This document shows positions 8,597 through 16,309 of a DNA stretch of 32,000 nucleotides, one piece after another. Position numbers and translations under genes: made by a program. Under the pieces are notes generated by a model. That model searched no databases. It was not told where the DNA came from and was given only the letters and a program-made list of their open reading frames with translations. Position 1 is the stretch's first letter, and each line of letters starts with the position of its first letter. Origin of the DNA: Nitrososphaerota archaeon (lineage in GTDB: Archaea > Thermoproteota > Nitrososphaeria > Nitrososphaerales > UBA57); contig VHBL01000003.1 in NCBI GenBank assembly GCA_016871995.1, positions 90,001-122,000 on the forward strand, written 5' to 3'.

Positions 8597-8992
8597 ATGC
8601 TGGCAAAGGCAAGCTTTGCAACACTTGTGCCCATCAAGAAGATGGACAGGGCAATAAAGTTCTATACTGATGTTCTTGGCGGCAAATTGAACATGCGTGC
8701 AGAGGGCGAGGTGAATGACACTTGGGCATCTCTCAGCATCGGCAAGAACGATTTCTGGCTTGTCAAGCCTGAGAAGTTCGAGAAGAGAGATCTTGCGTAT
8801 ACGACATTCATCGTCAAGAAGATCAAAGAAACTGTAAATGACCTGAAGAAAGCGGGAGTAAAGTTCGACCCTGCGGAGAAGTGGGGGCCGAAGGATAAGG
8901 TTGAGGGCAATGTAACCTATGGGGAATGGGGCGCAAGCGCCTTCTTCAAGGACTCTGAAGGGAACCTGATAATGCTGTGGCAGGATTCCTAA
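8597..8992 (+). CDS. VOC (glyoxalase/bleomycin-resistance/dioxygenase) family protein
   Basis: 131 aa. The N-terminal pattern ...IKFYTDVLGGKL and the C-terminal FFKDSEGNLIMLWQ are typical of VOC beta-alpha-beta-beta-beta modules. Confidence 0.7.
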   Translation: MLAKASFATLVPIKKMDRAIKFYTDVLGGKLNMRAEGEVNDTWASLSIGKNDFWLVKPEKFEKRDLAYTTFIVKKIKETVNDLKKAGVKFDPAEKWGPKDKVEGNVTYGEWGASAFFKDSEGNLIMLWQDS

Positions 8993-9559
8993 CTACAGCG
9001 GTTTCCATTTAGTACGCAGGTACAATCCGTAAATTCCACCTATGAACATCCCTCCAAGATGTGCACCGTGAGCCACTCCAGAGGGCACAAACAGGCCTGC
9101 ATAATCTATTACGGCATAGAGGGCAGCAGCCGCTATCATGGGTAGAGGCAAGAACCCATAGACGAAGATTATCATCCTCGGAGCCAGAACTGCTAGAGCT
9201 CCCATAACCCCATAAACAGCCCCTGATGCGCCAAGGCCAGGACTCAACGGATTAGTAGCAGTAAGCATGTATCCGAAACTTCCAGCAATGCCTGACAGCA
9301 GGAAGATAGCAAGAAAGACCTTACTGTCTACAATCTTTTCAAGGTATATTCCAAAGAAAAACAGAGAAAACATGTTGAAGAGCAGATGCGAGAAGCCCGC
9401 ATGAAGGAAGATCGAAGTCAGGAACATCCAAGGCGCTTGAAGGGCAACAGCTGGGATGAATGTTAGGTAAACCCATAGGTTTGTTATCTGCTGGATTATA
9501 AATGCGATGATGGAGATTCCTATTAGGATGAATGTCCATTTTCCTGTTGGGTTATACAA
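8993..9559 (-). CDS. rhomboid-family intramembrane serine protease
   Basis: 188 aa with 6 predicted TM segments. The catalytic GASGAVYG (GxSG) motif and the downstream AHGAHLGG histidine motif are present, as is the HAGFSHLLFNM motif. Confidence 0.85.
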   Translation of the reverse strand: MYNPTGKWTFILIGISIIAFIIQQITNLWVYLTFIPAVALQAPWMFLTSIFLHAGFSHLLFNMFSLFFFGIYLEKIVDSKVFLAIFLLSGIAGSFGYMLTATNPLSPGLGASGAVYGVMGALAVLAPRMIIFVYGFLPLPMIAAAALYAVIDYAGLFVPSGVAHGAHLGGMFIGGIYGLYLRTKWKPL

Positions 9560-9666
9560 TTCGCACGAATTGCAAACTAACCATATCTATACCTTGCTAG
9601 AAAAGGAGAGGTGCGTTTATTATCTGCCTTGAATAAGGCCCATAAATCAGAATTTTTGGTGTTCGC

Positions 9667-12501
9667 ATGGCAAGCTATTCAGATAACACAATAGAAAATA
9701 AGAGACAGCCAAGAGGCATGAGATTTGTCTTCATAACCATATTTGCCGCGATCATCGCTTGGAGTGTAGCAGGTCAACTGACTGTCCTCTGGCTGAACCT
9801 TTCTGAATTTGGCGAGCTCTTGGTAAAGCCCATTTACTTTGGTCTTCTGGGCGGATTTGTTCTGGCAGCCCTAGCGCTCATCAGGATCGATATCATAAAC
9901 AGAAGGTCGCTCTTCTGGTGGGCCATCCTACTCGTTTCCAGACTGTTCCGCTCAAGAGGCATGGTGGAAGCTCTGCCTCCTGAATATTTTGACTTTTCGA
10001 GTTTCAAGCTCTCTCCTGCAAGATTTGTACTCTGGCAGGCAACCAAGGTCCTGGTCGGGTTGCTCTTCTTCACTAACGTCATGTTCGGGATGGCTGTATC
10101 TGCTGCTATGCAGGGCTGGAACTCCGGCATCAACGGATTACCTGCCCTGCTTTCACTCCCCTTCATGACGCCCTCTCCAGACATGGCTTTCGCTCAGGCT
10201 AACGTCATCCCTTTGATTCCCGCTCTTACCCTACTCATCCCTCCAGTACTTTCTGCTTTAGGAGTGAGGCTGCTGCTCTTGGTCGGGGTAACGACTCTCA
10301 GCCGAATCATCATGCCGATGATTGGGGCGTATGGTTGGGAAAGGCCTGTCAAAGGGTTTCCTGTAGCAGCTGTTGAAGCGCTTATCGCTGTCGGCCTCTT
10401 CTGGAGCATGGTAAACATGTTCTTCCCGTCATACATCGATTACAATACCCGCTACATGATAATCGGGATGGGAGTGGCAGGGCTCCTCCTTGCCATTTAT
10501 GCAGCCATTGACAGATCGAAGAAGTTCTTTGCTAGTCCAAAACGGCGCGTAATCTATCTTCGATTGGGGGCCATCGTCATGGTCTTTTTGCTTGTAGCAA
10601 GCATAGCCGCAGTGAATAGCGGTATAGCAGATGCCAGAAAGCTTGAATGGTTGGGGCCGTACACGGTTCAGGAGATAGCGGTCAACAGGTTTCTTGCAGA
10701 GCTAGACAGTGTCAAGGTAGTTCCGCACAACTTCACAGAATCGAGCCCTGCACCGAGTCAGATAAATGCATATGTCGCGCAAGAGAATGAAATTCTAAGC
10801 AAGGTCAGACTCTGGGATTGGGAGGCAGGCTTTGCAAAGCTCAAGCCCGAAATAGGCCTGATACCCTATATCGACTTTGAAGATTCCGATATCATACGCT
10901 TCAATAGTTCTGTTTACTGGAGCGCCTCCATGAAGCCGATACTCCCTGGCACAGTCAGATCAGAGGACAGATGGTACGCATCACATTTAGTCTATACTCA
11001 CGTTCCTAATGGCTTCTTGATACTCGATGGCCAAGATGGGAAAATAATCGACACATCAAAATTCTTTCAGCAGAGGAGAATCTACTATGGAGAAGGCGGG
11101 TTGCTGCAGGAGAGCTGGGCCGCGTATCCAGCAGGCCGTGAAAAGAGCGACGAGCTCGGGGAATACTTCTACAATGGAAATGGAGGCATATCTGTTGCTC
11201 CCCCTTTAAGCTGGCTCTTTGAGCCCAACTTCCTGCTATCGTACCCTGATAGGACCATCCATCTCTTGAGGTATCGTGATGTCTATGACAGGATGCAGCT
11301 GCTCTTCCCCTACTTTGAGTACCATCTTTTCGGAGAGAGTATTGACATGTATCCCGTCAAAGATCAAGAGAATACGTATTGGGCTATGCCTCTGATCGTC
11401 AGGTTTGACACGGACCATGTCCCTTGGAGCGGGGGCAACGCGCTGATGAGATTCGTCGGCTTTGCTCTGATAGATGCTTACAATGGCAACATCCAACTCG
11501 TCATTACTGGAAACGACTACTTCAGCGAGCTCTTCAAGACAGTGTACAGCGAATATGTAAGCGAGATGCCTGAATGGTTCAAGACGCAGGCAAGGTACCC
11601 TGAAGAGTTCTACGAATGGAGGGTATCGATGTTCAACTTCTACCATGTCACAGACCCTGCAACGTTCATAGCAGCAAAGGAGTTCTTCGTCATACCAGAA
11701 GGTCTTGACACGTATTACATCATAGCCAAGCCCTTGGGCTTCGACAAACCCGAATTCATCGGGTTGCTCTCTCTGGAGCTCAGAGGAGCCGCTGGAAGAA
11801 ATTTGGCTGGGTACATGGCTGTCAGGAACGACTATCCGCATTTCGGCGAGATGATATTCTATGGGGTTTCCTTGGAGTCTCCGACTAAACTGCTCGGGCC
11901 TACGGGAGTCAGAGAGGCTCTGGAAAGGAATCCAGAATTTGCAACGCTTCGCACACTTCTTCGCACTCCACGTGTAGGCGACAACATTCTCTACCGTGTA
12001 GGCAACCATGACGTGTATTTCCTGCCAGTCTATACTGCGTCTGGAGGAGGCGTAGTTACCCAGATAGGCACGATTGCAGCGGTCGGAGCAGCCTTTACAG
12101 GGGAATATTATGTCGGATTGGGAAATACGGCTGGAGAGGCCTTCAGAGACTACCTTGCAAAGCTTGGAGGCGTCGAGTTACCAAAAGCGCAACCTGAACT
12201 CAGCGTCGAAAGCAGGAGGGCTGCTCTAGCATCGATCTTCGAGAGGGAGGGGCTCAGATTGGCCACGCCCGTGTCAACATTTCCCGATGTCTCGTTCTCT
12301 GAGGGGGAAGCAAAGTATGTAAGCGAAGCAGATTTGGAGAATACAAGATCCTTGATTCACTCCTTTGTGGACAAGTGGGTGAAACCATACAACACGGCAA
12401 GGATTCTGACATGGACGGAGGACTCGAAGGTGAACTTTGGCGTGTTGGTCAGAATTGATGGCCTGCTGGAGCTGCATTACATAACAGTCTTGCTTTCATA
12501 G
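9667..12501 (+). CDS. UPF0182-family large membrane protein (function unknown)
   Basis: 944 aa. An N-terminal polytopic membrane region is followed by a large soluble region. That region carries family-typical blocks (SHLVYTHVPNG, RYPEEFYEWRVSMFNFYHVTDPATF). Confidence 0.75.
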   Translation: MASYSDNTIENKRQPRGMRFVFITIFAAIIAWSVAGQLTVLWLNLSEFGELLVKPIYFGLLGGFVLAALALIRIDIINRRSLFWWAILLVSRLFRSRGMVEALPPEYFDFSSFKLSPARFVLWQATKVLVGLLFFTNVMFGMAVSAAMQGWNSGINGLPALLSLPFMTPSPDMAFAQANVIPLIPALTLLIPPVLSALGVRLLLLVGVTTLSRIIMPMIGAYGWERPVKGFPVAAVEALIAVGLFWSMVNMFFPSYIDYNTRYMIIGMGVAGLLLAIYAAIDRSKKFFASPKRRVIYLRLGAIVMVFLLVASIAAVNSGIADARKLEWLGPYTVQEIAVNRFLAELDSVKVVPHNFTESSPAPSQINAYVAQENEILSKVRLWDWEAGFAKLKPEIGLIPYIDFEDSDIIRFNSSVYWSASMKPILPGTVRSEDRWYASHLVYTHVPNGFLILDGQDGKIIDTSKFFQQRRIYYGEGGLLQESWAAYPAGREKSDELGEYFYNGNGGISVAPPLSWLFEPNFLLSYPDRTIHLLRYRDVYDRMQLLFPYFEYHLFGESIDMYPVKDQENTYWAMPLIVRFDTDHVPWSGGNALMRFVGFALIDAYNGNIQLVITGNDYFSELFKTVYSEYVSEMPEWFKTQARYPEEFYEWRVSMFNFYHVTDPATFIAAKEFFVIPEGLDTYYIIAKPLGFDKPEFIGLLSLELRGAAGRNLAGYMAVRNDYPHFGEMIFYGVSLESPTKLLGPTGVREALERNPEFATLRTLLRTPRVGDNILYRVGNHDVYFLPVYTASGGGVVTQIGTIAAVGAAFTGEYYVGLGNTAGEAFRDYLAKLGGVELPKAQPELSVESRRAALASIFEREGLRLATPVSTFPDVSFSEGEAKYVSEADLENTRSLIHSFVDKWVKPYNTARILTWTEDSKVNFGVLVRIDGLLELHYITVLLS

Positions 12502-12519
12502 TTTCAGCAAAAAGAGTAG

Positions 12520-12533
12520 AGTACTCGAGTACT
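12520..12533. repeat. perfect 14-bp palindrome AGTACTCGAGTACT
   Basis: It is self-complementary and lies 19 nt downstream of the UPF0182 stop. It is embedded in a GAGTA/GAGTACTC/GAGTACTTC triple direct repeat (12514-12535). Confidence 0.9.
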
Positions 12534-12706
12534 TCACGAATTGCGTTAAAGGTCAGAAGATAGCCGTCTAAGTATAGTTGACAACCAGAACAAGCAACAA
12601 GTTTCTTGATAATCAGTTTCTATCTTTCAATCCTACAATAGTTCGATGTCCAACAATCTCTCAATTTTCATTCGCCGTACCTTCATTCGGGTCCAAAATC
12701 TGCCAC

Positions 12707-13021
12707 TCATTCATCTAACAGGTAGAGCCTCTCAAGCCCTGGCGATATTCTGTTCTCGCGGGTTTTAACTTCAGGGTACATCTGAACGATATCTTGGAAC
12801 CTCCCTAGCATGTCATATCCTGCTTGGGTCAGTGTAACATAAACTCTCCCACGTTGATCTTCGCTTTTCACAATTCCTCTACCCTCTAGTGTTCGAAGCT
12901 CTTTCTCGAGGGCATCCCACGAAAGGTTTGCTCTCTGCATAATGTGCGTGCGTTTCATTCTCCCTGCCGCGATCACCTTTAGTATGTCTATAACTACTTC
13001 AATTTTAGATCTACGAGCCAT
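12707..13021 (-). CDS. small winged-helix DNA-binding protein (COG3432-like archaeal regulator)
   Basis: From the ATG at 13021 the sequence reads MARRSKIEVVIDILKVIAAGRMKRTHIMQRANLSWDALEKELRTLEGRGIV... This matches the RRSK.E...DIL......K T.IM..ANLS pattern of this archaeal wHTH family. The 59-codon N-terminal extension in the ORF track does not look coding. Confidence 0.6.
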   Translation of the reverse strand: MARRSKIEVVIDILKVIAAGRMKRTHIMQRANLSWDALEKELRTLEGRGIVKSEDQRGRVYVTLTQAGYDMLGRFQDIVQMYPEVKTRENRISPGLERLYLLDE

Positions 13022-13549
13022 TATGTCAAGCCATGGATGCGAGTACCTACAAAAGGCTGTAAGAAACGAAGGCCAAAAACCGTTAGACAAGCTTGTTAAC
13101 AAAAAGCTAATTTGCAGAGCTAACCAACATAAGTTTAGAAGATTAGAACAGTCTGATGGAGCTGTAGCCAGAGGAGTGGGAATCGAGCAAGAGCTCAATA
13201 TAGATTCAACGCTATAATAGAGAAGCAGGAGCGCATCTATTCAACAGCGGGCACAATAAAATATCAGCACCCAGAAAACAGGCACGACGATCAGTTCTGA
13301 GCTTTGTGCCTAGCCTTGCATGTTGCAAAGGAAGATCTGGTCAGAAAGAAATCATACCCTGTTGCATTATCTCAAAGCGATCATAGTAATCTGAAATCCA
13401 GATGGCCCGAACTGGACAGGCCAGGGCATAACAATAATTTCAGAAGCATCAAACAGAGATTATCTGTGATGACTACGCACAACAGCAAAGGTACACCCCT
13501 AAATACGACAAAATGCGACAAAATTGAACTTAGTCTCTGCAACTAGGCA

Positions 13550-13789
13550 TCACTGCTTGGTCACTGCCAGCTTCACCCTCGCCTGAAATGCTATTCCCGT
13601 CTTTGAAGTGCTGATTATCATGGGGCCGACTTTCCTGACAAACGCTGCAAACCCTCGTACAGTCTTTTCTCCTTCGCAGACTTGCTCGTTAGGAATTCTG
13701 CAACCTTAATTCTTATGTAGGAATGCTACATGTTGCGCGTTACAAACTTTCTTGCATTTTGGGCATGTCCAGAGAGTTTTTTTATAATT
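13550..13789 (-). pseudogene. possible decayed Cys-rich (zinc-ribbon-like) ORF with internal TAA and no start codon
   Basis: The reverse-strand frame reads NYKKTLWTCPKCKKVCNAQHVAFLHKN-TAA-GCRIPNEQVCEGEKTVRGFAAFVRKVGPMIISTSKTGIAFQARVKLAVTKQ-TGA. No ATG, GTG or TTG is present at its 5' end. It happens to share the frame of the vapC stop codon. Confidence 0.25.
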
Positions 13790-14164
13790 CTACTGCTTGA
13801 GTTCAACATTCGGCAACCCCTTGAAAGCCCTGTCTCCAGTCAGAAACTTGACACGAAACTTTTTGGCCATATAATAGCCCAACGCGTCTGCATAAGATAA
13901 GTTCAGACCCTCTTTGTTGAACTTCAACCTTAGCTTCATAGATTCCTCTAAATCCTCAAGATTAAAATGTACCAGATACTTTGAAAAGGCATCAAGCACC
14001 TTTTTAGCCGAATCTGCACCGAAGATGGAGAGTATCTTGTAGTGAACCTCCATCAGGTTTAGCATTGTAAGGATGCCATCATGCTCCTCGAAATACCATC
14101 TGTAATCCAGACGGTCGTTCAGATAAGCAATAACAGCATAGCTGTCGTAGAAGTATTTAGTCAC
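13790..14164 (-). CDS. vapC: PIN-domain ribonuclease toxin VapC
   Basis: 124 aa with a GTG start. PIN acidic residues sit in the expected contexts (FYDSYA, LMEVHY, YADALG, FLTGDRAF). It overlaps the upstream antitoxin by 8 nt (GTGACTAA). Confidence 0.8.
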   Translation of the reverse strand: MTKYFYDSYAVIAYLNDRLDYRWYFEEHDGILTMLNLMEVHYKILSIFGADSAKKVLDAFSKYLVHFNLEDLEESMKLRLKFNKEGLNLSYADALGYYMAKKFRVKFLTGDRAFKGLPNVELKQ

Positions 14165-14363
14165 TCCAGCCCTTCCTCATTTCATCCTTTGCACGCTGCA
14201 GGTCTTTTATGCGAAATTTCCCTCTCAAGGCTCTGATGTCAGATACTCTCCGTATCGATATTTCCACATCTTCTCCCTCCTTCAAGTTTTCCTTATCTGC
14301 AAGATCTTTTGGGATTATGACCCCGAAGGAGTTTCCCCACTTCCTAACTTTCGACTTTATCAA
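14157..14363 (-). CDS. vapB: AbrB/SpoVT(MazE)-type antitoxin VapB
   Basis: It contains the swapped-hairpin motif KVRKWGNSFGVIIPKDLADKENLKEGEDVEI. I place the start at the TTG at 14363 (MIKSKVRKWGNS...), about 25-30 nt downstream of a TATA-like box. The tracked ORF (to 14462) has a non-protein-like extension. Confidence 0.75.
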   Translation of the reverse strand: MIKSKVRKWGNSFGVIIPKDLADKENLKEGEDVEISIRRVSDIRALRGKFRIKDLQRAKDEMRKGWSD

Positions 14364-14381
14364 AGTTATACCTGTATCGCT

Positions 14382-14401
14382 AATTATACACGTATAATTA
14401 A
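14382..14401. promoter_or_regulatory. candidate vapBC promoter/operator: 9-bp perfect inverted repeat overlapping TATA-like sequence
   Basis: TAATTATAC-AC-GTATAATTA. The arms are exact reverse complements. It lies 19-38 nt upstream of the proposed vapB TTG start. Confidence 0.5.
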
Positions 14402-14882
14402 GCGTTTCAAAGAGATAAACACGCAAATCACCTTTAGGATTCCCTACAAGCAGGACAGGCAAACCTTCGGGATCGACAGGTCCTTTTCCCTATAAGCGTC
14501 GCAATGCTCTCTTCAAAGAAGCAAAACCTTGTAGCACTATATTCATTTGATTCTGGAAAGTTGAATTTCGTCAGAAGGTTAGTTTCAGGATGCAAAAAGA
14601 TATGGAATCATAGAAGAAGATTGCAGAAAGTAAAATTGTTGCTATAGCGGAGGGCCTTGCACAGCACAGGCTGGAGCCCGTATATCTGATATGGAAGACC
14701 CCCCATCGACTTTCCTGATCCTAGAACTGGCAAGAATTTATTAGAAAGAAAGATTAGGCAAGCATAGGGGCAGCTGGTTTGAAACTTACCAGATACCTCG
14801 CATCAGCGGTCCTGTTCATTCTATTGCCAATCATTCAAACAACTGTCGAAACTTTTCTGAAAAACGGGAATGGTGATACACC

Positions 14883-15221
14883 ATGTTGCAAATAGAGGAC
14901 TTTAGTATTTCTAATGTTACGCAGGTATTAATGGATGGACTGCAGCTGATAATGAACGCACTACGACCGATCGCCAGTAGCATAGGGGTAGAACCTTCAA
15001 CTCTGCTGATTGGATTTTTCTTCCTGCTTGTTATCGGCATAGTTGCTAGCAGAAGCGGCAAAAGAAAGGTTCAGAAACAATACATCCCTCGTCAGATTCA
15101 TGATTCTAACAGACGGAAAGACATTCCTGCAAGAGCTGACACGGAGAAGTTCTGCCATAACTGCGGAACCAAGATAATTGGGAGCGCAACGTTCTGTCCG
15201 AGCTGCGGTGCAGTACAATAG
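14883..15221 (+). CDS. membrane protein with C-terminal zinc-ribbon
   Basis: 112 aa. It has a central TM helix (LLIGFFFLLVIGIVA) and a C-terminal C-x2-C...C-x2-C motif (FCHNCGTKIIGSATFCPSCG). Confidence 0.6.
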   Translation: MLQIEDFSISNVTQVLMDGLQLIMNALRPIASSIGVEPSTLLIGFFFLLVIGIVASRSGKRKVQKQYIPRQIHDSNRRKDIPARADTEKFCHNCGTKIIGSATFCPSCGAVQ

Positions 15222-15796
15222 CTATTTGTCCCTCTTTTCAAGCTGACGGGCCTGAGCTATACCTCCAATTACTATTACGAAGACTCCCGCAGCTAGAGCG
15301 AGCAAGTCAGATGCGTATGCCTGAAGTGCATATCCGACCATCAACCCTCCAGCTACAGCAGTTGCGAAGGACAGAAACTTGTTGAATATCACTACCCCCA
15401 GTATCAATCCTATAAGAGCTGCCAGAAGTGCAACTGCAGTGTTAGGAATCAGAGCCCTGATCAGGAAGAAACTTGCCGCAGCCAGAGCAACTCCCAGAGC
15501 AACCCTTGCCAGATAATACGCAATTATTCCTACTATTATGAACCCTACAATCGCACCGACTATTGCTGACGCGCTTCCTAAGATCAAGGCAGATATGGTA
15601 AACCCTGTAGCAGCGCCTGCAAGGCCCCAGCCAAGAAGACTAACGTTTTGACGAACTTCCTTCCGAAGAAAGCTAGCCCAATGCCTACTATCAGCAATAA
15701 TGGGGCTGCTAGAGTGTTGAATTCGTTTGCAGAGGATGCAATACCTCTTGACGCTGCTATGTTGGCAAGAATTTCTATAGCAGCACCAGATATCAT
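15222..15796 (-). pseudogene. polytopic membrane protein (DUF4203/TM7S3-like impression) split by a 1-nt frameshift
   Basis: ORFs 15584..15796 and 15222..15587 join into one continuous hydrophobic protein (...FFGRKFVKTLVFLAG-GLAGAATGFTISALILGSASAIVG...) if one G is added to the GGGG run (CCCC at 15624-15627 on the plus strand). Confidence 0.6.
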
Positions 15797-15909
15797 CGTG
15801 TCATAATCGGAAGTATTGGTATAAAATCTCGATGGAGAATTTTTCTATTATGGGCTGAACATAAGAGAAGCCTGCAAACTCTTAAATCTGTATCCAACAA
15901 AAAAGCGCC

Positions 15910-16286
15910 ATGGATAGCGTAGTCCATTTTGAAATCCCTGCAGATAATCCTGAATGTGCCCAAAAGTTTTACAGCGCTGTATTCGGATGGAAGATCAACA
16001 GCATGCCCAATATGGCCTATGCTCTGCTAGCTACAACAGAGGTCGGCAAGAACCAGATGCCGATAAAACCGGGCGCAATAAACGGAGGGATGCTGAAAAG
16101 GCAGGCTCCAGTAGAGTCAGTCGTCATAACGATAAACGTTGCCAGCATAGACGACGCAGCAAAGAAGATTGCAAAGCAGGGGGGAAGGTTATCAGAGAAA
16201 AGATGCAAGTAGGCCAGATTGGTTATGCAGCTTACTTCAGGGATACTGAAGGCAACGTAATTGGCCTCTGGGAAAACAAGAAATGA
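15910..16286 (+). pseudogene. VOC/glyoxalase-family protein split by a 1-nt frameshift in a G6 run
   Basis: The N-terminal ORF (MDSVVHFEIPADNPECAQKFYSAVFGWKI...) and the second frame (...KVIREKMQVGQIGYAAYFRDTEGNVIGLWENKK) together make a complete ~125 aa VOC protein. The junction is at GGGGGG 16179-16184, and one extra G restores the frame. Confidence 0.7.
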
Positions 16287-16306
16287 TTAGGCGATTTCTC
16301 GCCTAA
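16287..16306. terminator. hairpin filling the 23-nt spacer between convergent genes (possible bidirectional terminator)
   Basis: TTAGGCGA-tttc-TCGCCTAA forms a perfect 8-bp stem with a 4-nt loop. It lies between the VOC stop (16286) and the htrA stop (16310-16312). Confidence 0.4.
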
Positions 16307-16309
16307 CCT

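Noticed and set aside
11236-12009. 257-aa minus-strand ORF inside UPF0182, and similar long antisense ORFs (6862..7353, 6567..6947, 2383..2898, 25515..26021, 24251..24733, 20004..20357)
   Set aside because: All are antisense to genes with clear family signatures. Their sequences are Arg/Ser/Cys/Pro-rich in the way shadow frames typically are, and they contain no motifs.
12707-13198. Full 163-aa version of the wHTH ORF; the same issue applies to the long versions of 14157..14462 and 28001..28252
   Set aside because: The N-terminal extensions are Cys/Ser/Leu-rich or AT-rich promoter-like sequence with no protein character. The internal starts give products matching the expected domain boundaries and have TATA-like boxes upstream.
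13460-13545. C/D-box sRNA candidates (TGATGA at 13467-13472 on the plus strand; TGATGC/CTGA combinations on the minus strand)
   Set aside because: No properly spaced C, D', C' and D box set with a terminal stem could be assembled. The matches are isolated hexamers.
13304-13546. 80-aa plus-strand ORF in the long spacer
   Set aside because: The composition is not protein-like (MCLALHVAKEDLVRKKSYPVALSQSDHSNLKSRWPELDRPGHNNNF...). It has no promoter or start context and I recognise no motif. It is probably a random ORF in non-coding DNA.
13706-14164. VapC extended by stop-codon readthrough into the in-frame downstream Cys-rich segment, giving a Nob1-like PIN plus zinc-ribbon protein
   Set aside because: It would need readthrough of both a TAG and a TAA. 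The PIN domain is already complete at 124 aa and is coupled to a VapB antitoxin. The shared frame has roughly a 1-in-3 chance of arising by coincidence at each junction.
14640-14790. Minus-strand frame containing GSGKS (Walker-A-like) in the 14462-14882 spacer
   Set aside because: It is a short, start-less frame bounded by stops. The surrounding residues (FLPVLGSGKSMGGLPYQIYGLQPVLCKALRYSNNF) do not resemble a P-loop NTPase. It may be a gene remnant but cannot be supported.
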